64,000 nucleotides of DNA from a virus: IMG/VR virus record IMGVR_UViG_3300044695_003767. One strand, written 5' to 3'. Below, in pieces: positions 1 through 8,124 of this stretch (its first letter is position 1; every line of letters starts with the position of its first letter). The position numbers were made by a program, and so were the translations under genes. The notes below the pieces were generated by a model. That model did no database searches and was not told the DNA's origin. It worked only from the letters and a program-made list of their open reading frames with translations.

Positions 1-2
1 CA

Positions 3-971
3 ATTCTTTATATTGATGAAGCAAAAGTCACCTATGGTAGTGACACCGAAAGCCCAGAGCAAAGACGTGAAAGAGCAAAGGCAAAGGTTGGTGAAAAGAA
101 AGCAGCAGAACGTAAGGCAGCAGTAAAGACCGCTGTGGGACGTGCCAAAGCAAAGGTAACTGGTGCCGTAGCAGGAGCAGGAATCGCTGCTTCAATCGCT
201 AAGGACACTGCTAGAAGAGCAGCAAGAACTGCCGCCCATAAGGTCACCTACGGCGCTCAGAAGAAGAAAGAAGAAGTCAAGAGTGGCGTAAAGAGTCTGA
301 TCGGAAGAGGTCTCCGTAAGGCAGCAGGAGCGGTTGGCAAGGTCGCCAGCAAGGCAGCAGGTGCCGCTTCTAGACTTGGTGAAGAGGTTATTGGTGAAGC
401 AATTACCAGTGAAAAGGGTAAAGCAAAAGCAGCAGAAATGATTGCTGCTCGTTCTACTGCTTCTGGTAGAGCAAAGGCAGGTCAAGGTGCTAATGTTGCT
501 CAAATCAGACAAATTCGTGGTTCTGGTAGAGGTCGCTTTGATAGAGAAGGTCTGGGTGGAACTCCAATGACTCCAACCATGGCTAAAAATCCAATTAAGA
601 AACAGAACTATGATGGAACTGGAAACAAAGCAGCAAGAAGAGCAGCAGAACTTAAGAAGGAAGAATTTGATGTATTTGATTTAGTTCTTGAGTATCTTCT
701 TGAGACTGGTCACGCAGAAACAATCTCTGAAGCACAATACATTATGACTCAAATGGATTCTGAATCTATTGAAGCAATTGTTGAAACTCATATGGATCCA
801 AGAGGTCGTCCTGCTTCAGGTCCTATGAATGTTTATGCCAAGAACAAACCAAATACTGACCCTAAATTTCAAGCTGCTCTACAAGCTGTTAGAGATGCTG
901 ATGCTAAAAAAACTCCAGAGCAAAGAAAGGCAGAACTGGATGCTTATAAGGAAAGACAAGCAAACAGATAA
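3..971 (+). CDS. Hypothetical virion (probably internal head) protein, 5'-truncated by the window
   Basis: Frame is open from position 3 (ILYIDEAKVTYG...). Lys/Ala/Gly-rich tracts alternate with an acidic helix (EEFDVFDLVLEYLLETGHAETISEAQYIM), a pattern typical of T4-like cyanophage head-associated proteins. Confidence 0.55.
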   Translation: MLYIDEAKVTYGSDTESPEQRRERAKAKVGEKKAAERKAAVKTAVGRAKAKVTGAVAGAGIAASIAKDTARRAARTAAHKVTYGAQKKKEEVKSGVKSLIGRGLRKAAGAVGKVASKAAGAASRLGEEVIGEAITSEKGKAKAAEMIAARSTASGRAKAGQGANVAQIRQIRGSGRGRFDREGLGGTPMTPTMAKNPIKKQNYDGTGNKAARRAAELKKEEFDVFDLVLEYLLETGHAETISEAQYIMTQMDSESIEAIVETHMDPRGRPASGPMNVYAKNKPNTDPKFQAALQAVRDADAKKTPEQRKAELDAYKERQANR

Positions 972-991
972 TTGAATCCTAACATAACTTT

Positions 992-1020
992 AAGCACCTC
1001 TTGACAGGGGTGCTTTTTTA
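992..1020 (+). terminator. Intrinsic terminator whose loop carries a -35 hexamer
   Basis: AAGCACCTC-TTGACA-GGGGTGCTT followed by a T-run. TAGACT (-10-like) at 1025-1030 and a late TAAATA at 1051. Confidence 0.75.
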
Positions 1021-1078
1021 TTGCTAGACTAGGTTTGTCTCCGTTGAAGATAAATAATAGCTCATAAAGATTCTTAGT

Positions 1079-1528
1079 ATGAGTTATGAAAACCCTTGGA
1101 GATTCAATGGGGAAATTTTTGAGTCTTCTGATATTCAAGATTATTTTGGTTTTGTTTATCATATTCACTGCGGCACAACTGGTCGTAGTTACATTGGTAG
1201 AAAATATTTCTGGTCTTTCCGCACACCAAAGGGCAAATCTAGAAAAGTTAAATCAGAGTCAGATTGGAAAAATTATTATGGATCATGTCCCGAACTTAAA
1301 GCCGATATTAAACTTTGGGGCAAAACATCCTTTAACAGAGCAATACTTAGCCTCCATACAACAAAGGGGCAATGTAATTACGAAGAAACACGACAACTTT
1401 TCCTAAATAATGTGTTGACAGAGGCTCTTGACTCTGGTGATCCAGCGTACTACAATAGCAATATTCTAGGACGCTATATGCGAAAAGATTATGGTAACTT
1501 TGGAAGAGACTCTGCAAACAACACATGA
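1079..1528 (+). CDS. GIY-YIG family nuclease
   Basis: FGFVYHI...SYIGRK (GIY-YIG variant), YYGS, conserved E and a YYNxNI C-terminal motif. Confidence 0.75.
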   Translation: MSYENPWRFNGEIFESSDIQDYFGFVYHIHCGTTGRSYIGRKYFWSFRTPKGKSRKVKSESDWKNYYGSCPELKADIKLWGKTSFNRAILSLHTTKGQCNYEETRQLFLNNVLTEALDSGDPAYYNSNILGRYMRKDYGNFGRDSANNT

Positions 1529-1688
1529 TTGGGCAGTTGACCGCATTCATACTCTCTGTGAAGAAAATATTGAGAATGCCCATGCGATTCAATCTGAATT
1601 TAGTGAATGGTTGAATCCAGAAATTCTAGATCATGATATTTTCTCATTAGAATTCATAGGAGAGGAAGATGACATTAGATCTTCATAA
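1491..1688 (+). CDS. Hypothetical acidic protein
   Basis: 65-aa ORF overlapping both neighbours in an operon arrangement. Confidence 0.6.
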   Translation: MVTLEETLQTTHDWAVDRIHTLCEENIENAHAIQSEFSEWLNPEILDHDIFSLEFIGEEDDIRSS

Positions 1689-2340
1689 CTTTTTTAAGTT
1701 TTACGACGAAAAAAATTCAAATCATGTAGCAGCAGTTCAATGGTTAGAAGATAACCTTCCTGCTCAATTTATGGATGACTCAGAATCTGAATGGATTGGA
1801 ATTTTTAGAACAAAACCACCAACTCCAGCAGTTCTTGATGTTCCATACTTTAATCAAGTAGATAATTATAGAGATGCACAAAGAACTTGCAACTCTTCAT
1901 CGTGTGCTATGTGCCTTGCTTTCCTTAAACCAGGAAGTATCAAAGGTGATGATGAGTATGTTAAAAAAGTATTTGCGATTGGTGATACGACTGACCACGC
2001 AGTGCAGACTAAAGTTCTTCAAGGATATGGTATTAAATCACACTTTAGTTACAATTTAAGTTTTGTTGATATTGATAAGAGTCTCGATAGGGGAAAACCT
2101 GTTGTTATTGGTATTCTCCATCGTGGTTCTCTAACTTCTCCTACTGGTGGGCACATGTGTGTGGTCATTGGTAAGACTCCAGATGGCAAGGGATATTATA
2201 TTAATGATCCTTATGGTTCTCTCAATGACAATTATACTGGTCCTGTAACGAATGGTAAGAAAACCATTTACACCAAAGCAGTTCTTAAGCACCGTTGGTG
2301 TCCAGGGGGCAATGATGGATGGGGCAGAATCTTCGATTAA
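1669..2340 (+). CDS. Endolysin-like protein with a C39-like (papain-fold) peptidase domain
   Basis: LDVPYFNQVDN...TCNSSSCAM (catalytic Cys), GGHMCVVIG (His), INDPYG (Asp). N-terminal ~45 aa shared with the 2439 protein. Confidence 0.8.
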   Translation: MTLDLHNFFKFYDEKNSNHVAAVQWLEDNLPAQFMDDSESEWIGIFRTKPPTPAVLDVPYFNQVDNYRDAQRTCNSSSCAMCLAFLKPGSIKGDDEYVKKVFAIGDTTDHAVQTKVLQGYGIKSHFSYNLSFVDIDKSLDRGKPVVIGILHRGSLTSPTGGHMCVVIGKTPDGKGYYINDPYGSLNDNYTGPVTNGKKTIYTKAVLKHRWCPGGNDGWGRIFD

Positions 2341-2452
2341 TTTTAAAAGAAAGATACTTAAAGTAATTAAGGATCTTACAAATAGCGGAAAACATAGGGA
2401 AGCAAACGACCTTTATCAAAAGTATTTCGGAGGACCAAATGGCAAGGATTGA
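2312..2452 (+). CDS. Small hypothetical protein between the two lysins
   Basis: MMDGAESSINFKRKILKVIKDL... fills the gap and overlaps both neighbours. Start uncertain. Confidence 0.4.
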   Translation: MMDGAESSINFKRKILKVIKDLTNSGKHREANDLYQKYFGGPNGKD

Positions 2453-3110
2453 TTTACATAACTTCTTCAAGTTCTATGACGAGAAGAATCCTAATCACGT
2501 AAAGGCAATACAATGGTTAGAGGATAATCTACCAGTTAAGTATCTTGAAGATACTGTAGATTGGGCAGAGATTTATAGGGGAAAAAAGGGTAATGCGGCA
2601 CCAGCATCAGCACCATCTGCTGCCGCTCCTGTAGTTGGTGGTGACGATATGCCTATGATGGGCCTTAAATTAATCAAAGAATTTGAAGGGTGTCATTTAA
2701 AGGCATATCCAGATCCTCTCACAGGTGGACTTCCAATCACAATCGGTTGGGGTTCAACTCGTAAGAAAGATGGATCTGCATTCCATATGGGTGATACTCT
2801 CACTCAAGCAGAAGCAGATGAACTTTTGATTGAACAATGTAAGAGAGAGTTTCTTCCTGCACTTCGTAAAATTCCACACTGGAATGAAATGTCTGACGGC
2901 AAAAGAGGTGCTCTACTTTCTTTTGCTTATAATCTCGGTGCTGGTTTTTACGGTTCTGGTGATTTCAATACTATCACTAAGAGACTGAAAAATAAAGAAT
3001 GGGACTTAGTTCCCGATGCTTTATATCTCTACAGAAATCCTGGATCCAATGTAGAAGCAGGACTTGCTCGTAGAAGAAAAGCAGAAGGTGAATCTTGGAA
3101 AAAAGGTTAA
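2439..3110 (+). CDS. Endolysin, GH24 phage lysozyme
   Basis: IKEFEGCHLKAYPDP...TIGWG (E-D-T triad), ALLSFAYNLG, GLARRRKAE. Ala/Pro linker after the shared N-terminal domain. Confidence 0.9.
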   Translation: MARIDLHNFFKFYDEKNPNHVKAIQWLEDNLPVKYLEDTVDWAEIYRGKKGNAAPASAPSAAAPVVGGDDMPMMGLKLIKEFEGCHLKAYPDPLTGGLPITIGWGSTRKKDGSAFHMGDTLTQAEADELLIEQCKREFLPALRKIPHWNEMSDGKRGALLSFAYNLGAGFYGSGDFNTITKRLKNKEWDLVPDALYLYRNPGSNVEAGLARRRKAEGESWKKG

Positions 3111-3128
3111 CCCTATTCACAAAGGAAA

Positions 3129-3494
3129 ATGGCTACTAAGAAAAACGAAAATGCTATGGGACAATTAATTCGTATATGTATCTTGGGTTGGTCTGCTGCT
3201 CTTCTCACTGCAAGTTATGCTGGTACTCTATCTAAGATGGATCCCACATTTATTGCGACTGTTTTCACTGCTTCTGCTGCCACTTTTGGCATCAATACAA
3301 TGAAGAAAGGTGGTGATGATGAAGATGAAAAGAAAGATCAACCAAAGAGAGAGGAGTTTGTAGAAACTCCACCAGAACCACCTTCCCCTGAAGTACCTGA
3401 ATCGTCACCAGAAACTCTTGAAGCAAGAGTTGAAGCACTTGAAACTAAAGTAGAAGATGGTGAAGGATTCGTTCAACCACGCACAGGAGCATAA
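3129..3494 (+). CDS. Two-TM membrane protein, holin candidate
   Basis: Two hydrophobic segments then an acidic/Pro-rich tail. Lies directly after the endolysins. Holin role is inference. Confidence 0.45.
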   Translation: MATKKNENAMGQLIRICILGWSAALLTASYAGTLSKMDPTFIATVFTASAATFGINTMKKGGDDEDEKKDQPKREEFVETPPEPPSPEVPESSPETLEARVEALETKVEDGEGFVQPRTGA

Positions 3495-3601
3495 TGGCAA
3501 AATCAGCAAACAAAGGTAAGAAGGGTTCTGCAAATAATAAAAAGCAGAACTCTGGTAATGCTACTGCTAAAAAAGCAAAGAACGGTGGCAAGAAAAAATG
3601 A
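3494..3601 (+). CDS. 35-aa highly basic peptide (not in ORF track)
   Basis: MAKSANKGKKGSANNKKQNSGNATAKKAKNGGKKK. TAATG stop/start overlap and an AGGAG RBS. Confidence 0.6.
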   Translation: MAKSANKGKKGSANNKKQNSGNATAKKAKNGGKKK

Positions 3602-3614
3602 TTTATGAGGTATT

Positions 3615-3809
3615 ATGCCACGCGAATGGAATACTCCAATTCGACAACCTTGGAATCCTGTAATTAAAAAGTGCCTTGATGCTGTCGATGAGCACATCAA
3701 GGCATATATTAAAACAGGAGATGACTGGCACTTATCACAAGCAGAAATATTAAGAAAATATGTAAAAGATTTGAAGGTCTGGATACATAAACAAGAGGGG
3801 AGAGAATGA
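3615..3809 (+). CDS. Hypothetical protein
   Basis: GAGG RBS, 64 aa, coupled to the next gene. Confidence 0.65.
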   Translation: MPREWNTPIRQPWNPVIKKCLDAVDEHIKAYIKTGDDWHLSQAEILRKYVKDLKVWIHKQEGRE

Positions 3810-4552
3810 AGAAACTCTTTGCGGCATTTGGGTTATCATTAACTCTGGCATTTCCCGCATTTGCTAGTTCATTAGAAAAGAAGCAACCAACAGTCCCAGC
3901 ATACAGCCTTGCGTCGATGGGTTGTATGATACTCAGAGAATGTACAGAAGGAGTCGAACAACTTACACCAGATTCCACTACACTTTCTGATCCATCTTTT
4001 GATCCATTTAGAGAAGAGATCAAAAGTATTTTAACTGCTCTAAACAAAGTTAACGTTTCAGTATATATTGGGGAAAGTAGATACTTTACACCAAGAACAG
4101 TGGGGTTATATAAACCAAACTACAATCGTTTCTTTGTTAATGAAACTCTTCTTAAAGATCCAAGAGAGTTTCTAGGAACAATGAGACACGAAGGGTGGCA
4201 TGTTGTTCAGGATTGTATGGGTGGTGGAATAGAAACTTCTTTTATGGCACAGGTTCATCAAGATAATGAAATTCCATCCTGGGTAATGAAGACCACACGA
4301 CTTGCTTATGAATCTATGGGTCAGAGTCGTGCGGTTCCTTGGGAAGCCGATGCTAACTGGGCAGAAGAACAATCCAATGTAACTGCACAAAAGTTAGAAA
4401 TGTGTGCTAAAGGTCCATTATGGGAACAGATTCGACCAACACCAATGACAATGGAATGGTTGATTGGTTGTGGATGGATGAAATCACAAGAAGGTTATAA
4501 GGAATATACTCCAAATAAGAAATCGGAGTATTGTGTAGAAGGTAAATACTGA
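3806..4552 (+). CDS. Exported zincin-like metallopeptidase
   Basis: Sec signal peptide (MKKLFAAFGLSLTLAFPAFA). RHEGWHVVQD is an HExxH motif, with downstream WEADA. Confidence 0.7.
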   Translation: MKKLFAAFGLSLTLAFPAFASSLEKKQPTVPAYSLASMGCMILRECTEGVEQLTPDSTTLSDPSFDPFREEIKSILTALNKVNVSVYIGESRYFTPRTVGLYKPNYNRFFVNETLLKDPREFLGTMRHEGWHVVQDCMGGGIETSFMAQVHQDNEIPSWVMKTTRLAYESMGQSRAVPWEADANWAEEQSNVTAQKLEMCAKGPLWEQIRPTPMTMEWLIGCGWMKSQEGYKEYTPNKKSEYCVEGKY

Positions 4553-4704
4553 TGTCTGAGTTTCCGTGGGGAGTATTAATTATACTTGGATGTGGACTCA
4601 CTTTTGTAGCATATATCATTTACTACATATTAAGGTTAGCAGCATTGGAGATGAAAGATGAAAAACCTAGCAATCATTCTGTCAGCGACAAGTCTGGCGA
4701 TTAG
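4552..4704 (+). CDS. Small single-TM protein (not in ORF track)
   Basis: MSEFPWGVLIILGCGLTFVAYIIYYILRLAALEMKDEK..., TGATG overlap. Confidence 0.55.
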   Translation: MSEFPWGVLIILGCGLTFVAYIIYYILRLAALEMKDEKPSNHSVSDKSGD

Positions 4705-4870
4705 TGGAGCACTTTGTTATGGTGCTTATGTGACTTATCAAAAAGCACAAAAAATTCTGGACAACCCAGAAGAGTTTGTTGGTGCTGTTGTAGAGAAACA
4801 AGTTAACAAAGCATTTGAAAAACTACCTATTCCCAAACTAAATACTGGGAGTATTAAGTTTCCTTTCTGA
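4658..4870 (+). CDS. Small membrane-anchored hypothetical protein
   Basis: N-terminal hydrophobic helix; coupled to the next gene. Confidence 0.6.
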   Translation: MKNLAIILSATSLAISGALCYGAYVTYQKAQKILDNPEEFVGAVVEKQVNKAFEKLPIPKLNTGSIKFPF

Positions 4871-5283
4871 TGTCAAACCAAGACCCATACATATATCGTA
4901 TTCGAGAAATCCATAAAGTAGTCGATGGGGACACTATTGACGCTGATATTGATTTGGGGTTCGATATATCTCTTACTAAACGGATTCGCCTTGCTGGTAT
5001 TGATACCCCAGAAAGTCGCACGACAGATACGAACGAAAAGAAATATGGACTTGAATCAAAAGATTGGTTGAAGAAGCGTTGTGAGAACGCAAAGGATATT
5101 CTTATCAAGACTGAACTTCCAGACTCTACAGAGAAGTATGGTCGCATCATCGGACATTTGTTTATCAATGGTGAAGAGACTTCACTGAATAACCAGATGA
5201 TTGCTGAAGGTTATGCCTGGAATTATGATGGTGGAACGAAGAAAAAGAACTTTGCTGAACTGGATGCAAAGCGTAAGAAGTGA
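4870..5283 (+). CDS. Staphylococcal nuclease (SNase/thermonuclease) family protein
   Basis: KVVDGDTI, RIRLAGIDTPE, KYGRIIG, LNNQMIAEGYA. Confidence 0.9.
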   Translation: MSNQDPYIYRIREIHKVVDGDTIDADIDLGFDISLTKRIRLAGIDTPESRTTDTNEKKYGLESKDWLKKRCENAKDILIKTELPDSTEKYGRIIGHLFINGEETSLNNQMIAEGYAWNYDGGTKKKNFAELDAKRKK

Positions 5284-5495
5284 TTTATTTTAATATCGTA
5301 AGATTATTCCTTATTATTTGGAGTGCTCTAATGATTTCTGCTGTAGAATCTGTTGCGATTCGTACAGAAGGACAAGTAGAACTTGATAATGCTAGTAGAG
5401 ATTCTTATTCTAAAGTTCTTATACTTGCTGTTGGTTCTTTTCTAGGTGATGCTGCGTTTAAACTAAAGAAGAAAAATGAAACTAGCAATTCTTGA
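5280..5495 (+). CDS. Small membrane hypothetical protein
   Basis: Two hydrophobic stretches; GTGA overlap with the upstream stop. Confidence 0.5.
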   Translation: MIYFNIVRLFLIIWSALMISAVESVAIRTEGQVELDNASRDSYSKVLILAVGSFLGDAAFKLKKKNETSNS

Positions 5496-5685
5496 TTTCT
5501 TAATAATTTTAAGATTATTGACGAATGATGGAATAATGCTTGAAAATAGAAGACCTATTCCTAAGCGACAACCACCAGAAGTAATTCGTTTTGTTAGGAG
5601 ACCCGCACGAAGAGGACGTAAAAAATCTTTATATTATGATACAATTTTGTTAAATAGTAAAGATTACTTTAAGGTGTTGGAATGA
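5476..5685 (+). CDS. Hypothetical protein
   Basis: 69 aa, hydrophobic N-terminus then Arg-rich. Confidence 0.4.
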   Translation: MKLAILDFLIILRLLTNDGIMLENRRPIPKRQPPEVIRFVRRPARRGRKKSLYYDTILLNSKDYFKVLE

Positions 5686-5819
5686 CTCAAGCACCAGTAA
5701 AAGATAAAGAAGAAAAAAGGGAAAAAGATAATATTTTTCTCGAAATACTTTATAATCTTTTAGTTCAATTACCAGCAATGGTTGTTGTGTGGATTATTTC
5801 TAAATTTACTTCAGATTGA
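5682..5819 (+). CDS. Small membrane hypothetical protein (not in ORF track)
   Basis: MTQAPVKDKEEKREKDNIFLEILYNLLVQLPAMVVVWIISKFTSD. ATGA overlap, TAAATA at 5651. Confidence 0.45.
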   Translation: MTQAPVKDKEEKREKDNIFLEILYNLLVQLPAMVVVWIISKFTSD

Positions 5820-6674
5820 GAACTTAGCAGATAATTTTTTAGCAATTTTTTTAGCAGGGGCAAAGAGAGACTTAAATCTTTCTTTGCCTTCTTTTGTAAA
5901 CTTATCTTTTATTACATCATCGATAATAATTTTATTATCAATTTCATAGAGAGTATTGATTTCAACTTGGTCACGAATGTATTGTTCTACATTAGTTACT
6001 TGCTCTACTAAACGAGTTCCTTCAGCAGAGTATTCAAAAACATCTACGTGACCACCTTCTGCTAGAACGTAATGTAGAACAGGTTTGACTTGTTTTATTT
6101 TAATTTTAAATTTATTTTTTGTTGCTTCTTTGATTAGTGGTTCTGCTGCATTTTTGAGAGCATTGAGAGCTGTTGTAGATGCTATTGTCGCAGCAGTGGT
6201 CACTACTGCGACAGCACCAGCCGTAGCAACAAGAGAAGGGTCAGGTAAATTAATATCGATTCCACCGACAGTAAAGGTTGGGGTAGTTGGTTTATCTGCT
6301 GGTATTTCAGCAATCGGTACTTGAGGAGGGGGGGTTTGAGCAACCTGAGGCAGTTGAGGTGGGGAGGTATCGGGCAATCCCCTCTCCTTTGGTTTTTCTT
6401 CCTGTTGTTGCTTTTCACGTTCTGCTTTTACGGCAGCATCAAACTCTGCTTGTGTTGGAACATTAATGATTGGATATTTGATTGAAGTATCTGGCATTTC
6501 AAATACTGGAAGTGCCATTCCACGAACAACTGGAACCTCTACACTACGAAGTACTGGTGGTTCTATTGTTGAAATAACATTAGGACCATTAATGCCAACC
6601 TTTGGTATTTGATTGGCATTGTTCTTTATATTGGCAATTCCGTTGGCATTATTTATTTGCTGTATTGGTTCCAT
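5811..6674 (-). CDS. Pro-rich single-TM protein, last gene of the minus-strand module
   Basis: Pro/Gln-rich N-half, hydrophobic segment SLVATAGAVAVVTTAATIA, basic C-terminal domain. Confidence 0.75.
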   Translation of the reverse strand: MEPIQQINNANGIANIKNNANQIPKVGINGPNVISTIEPPVLRSVEVPVVRGMALPVFEMPDTSIKYPIINVPTQAEFDAAVKAEREKQQQEEKPKERGLPDTSPPQLPQVAQTPPPQVPIAEIPADKPTTPTFTVGGIDINLPDPSLVATAGAVAVVTTAATIASTTALNALKNAAEPLIKEATKNKFKIKIKQVKPVLHYVLAEGGHVDVFEYSAEGTRLVEQVTNVEQYIRDQVEINTLYEIDNKIIIDDVIKDKFTKEGKERFKSLFAPAKKIAKKLSAKFSI

Positions 6675-7221
6675 TTGGATACCTCACAACTACGTCAGCG
6701 CAAATTTTATAATATGGACTTTCTGGATGAAATGAAAGACCCGATTTATATGCTTCACCACACTTCAGCAATCTAACTAATTCAAAATCTAATCTTGCCT
6801 TATCAGTTTCTGCTTGTTGTCTTTTGATTTCTGTTCGTGCTCTTTCTTTACATAATTCAGTTAAACTTCCATCCAAAGGAAAGTTGAATCCCATACTGAT
6901 ACCTGCATTACCATTATGTGTTTGAAATGCTTCTGGATCAGCACTACCATTCATATTTCCCAATACAAATGGCGATATACTCATTGTTGGACCTTGACAA
7001 GATACTCCACCACCATAGGTATTCATAGCATAAGGACCTTGTAATACCTGAACTGCCTGATTGGTTACATTACCAGTAGCAGATGCCGAAGGACCTGCAA
7101 TATTTGTATTACTTGGTGCTTGTTGTGCCCTACCTGATGCAGTTAATAAGAGAATTATTATTGGGTAAATACAGAAACCGAGTTTGTGGTAGATTGTTGT
7201 TCTGTTGTTCTGTCTATCCAT
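6649..7221 (-). CDS. Exported protein with beta-rich core and C-terminal coiled coil
   Basis: Signal-like IIILLLTASGRA-QQ, amphipathic strands (GNAGISMGFNFPL), then a Cys-flanked helix (LCKERARTEIKRQQ...LLKCGE). Confidence 0.75.
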   Translation of the reverse strand: MDRQNNRTTIYHKLGFCIYPIIILLLTASGRAQQAPSNTNIAGPSASATGNVTNQAVQVLQGPYAMNTYGGGVSCQGPTMSISPFVLGNMNGSADPEAFQTHNGNAGISMGFNFPLDGSLTELCKERARTEIKRQQAETDKARLDFELVRLLKCGEAYKSGLSFHPESPYYKICADVVVRYPNGTNTANK

Positions 7222-7523
7222 GTTTCTTTGGCCACTCCAGTGCCTAGTATTGTCTCACTAAACTGGAAGGGAGCACCTTGATCCATAATAGTATAATTTG
7301 CTCCTTGTTGTGGAGTGCCAGGAATCTTAATATTAGTTCCAGTCACAGTATATGATGTGCCAGTTGTATATTCAACTTGCCGAATAGTTTCTACAATCTT
7401 TGTAGTTGTTTCTGTTGTCGCATTAATAGTACCCCTAGTAAAATTGGGAACTACTTGTTCAGCATAAACGGGAGTACAAATGACTCCCGTTGCTAAAAGC
7501 AAAACGGGAGTTATGTATCTCAT
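7158..7523 (-). CDS. Exported Thr-rich beta protein, paralog of 7520..7981
   Basis: Signal peptide ending VYA. Shares SYxxxGTNI, GxxFxFSE and C-terminal SVF with the upstream gene. Confidence 0.75.
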   Translation of the reverse strand: MRYITPVLLLATGVICTPVYAEQVVPNFTRGTINATTETTTKIVETIRQVEYTTGTSYTVTGTNIKIPGTPQQGANYTIMDQGAPFQFSETILGTGVAKETWIDRTTEQQSTTNSVSVFTQ

Positions 7524-7981
7524 TTGAATACGCTCAGTTCAATACTACGTTGTGCAGTTGCTGTGGTTCCAGGACCACCAGCAGTGACTGTAGGAACACC
7601 AGTAGGTGATAATGTACCAGCGAGAGAACCCTTGTCTCCTGCTAACTGAGTAACACTATCCCCATAAAGGTTGGGAGAAGCAATAACTCCACCACTGACC
7701 GACTGAGTGGTGACTGGTGTATCAGCAGCATTAAAGCTTTCTGAGAAACTGAATGCTTGACCTGCTGTATTAACGTCATAAGTCCCAGCACCATTCACTC
7801 CACCAAAGGAGGTTGATTGAATATTTGTACCTGAAGCAGAATATGATGCTCCAATTCTAGTTGATTGTACCGCAGCACCCTGAACACCAAGTTGAACAGA
7901 ATCAGTAATTTTTGATGTAATTTCAGCAGCACTTACAGGAGTAATGAAGAATAACGAAGAGATTAGAAGTAATCTTTTCAT
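7520..7981 (-). CDS. Exported Ser/Thr/Gly-rich beta protein (putative major fibre subunit)
   Basis: Signal peptide MKRLLLISSLFFITPVSA. Minus-strand late promoter CTAAATA at 8016-8010. Confidence 0.75.
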   Translation of the reverse strand: MKRLLLISSLFFITPVSAAEITSKITDSVQLGVQGAAVQSTRIGASYSASGTNIQSTSFGGVNGAGTYDVNTAGQAFSFSESFNAADTPVTTQSVSGGVIASPNLYGDSVTQLAGDKGSLAGTLSPTGVPTVTAGGPGTTATAQRSIELSVFK

Positions 7982-8008
7982 TTTCTTATTTTGTGATAAA
8001 CACTACTG

Positions 8009-8072
8009 ATATTTAGGTTTAATACTCTTTCAAATTCTATTTCTTGACAAAACCTAAATATTAACTTATTAT
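8009..8072. promoter_or_regulatory. Divergent late promoters plus a sigma70 promoter
   Basis: ATATTTAGGTTT (8009-8020) and AAACCTAAATAT (8050-8061) are a 12-bp inverted repeat, each copy containing CTAAATA. TTGACA(8044)-N17-TATTAT(8067) on the + strand. Confidence 0.65.
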
Positions 8073-8124
8073 GAATAAACCCGACACTAGTGTCGGGTTT
8101 CACATTATGAGTCTTTGATGTGAC

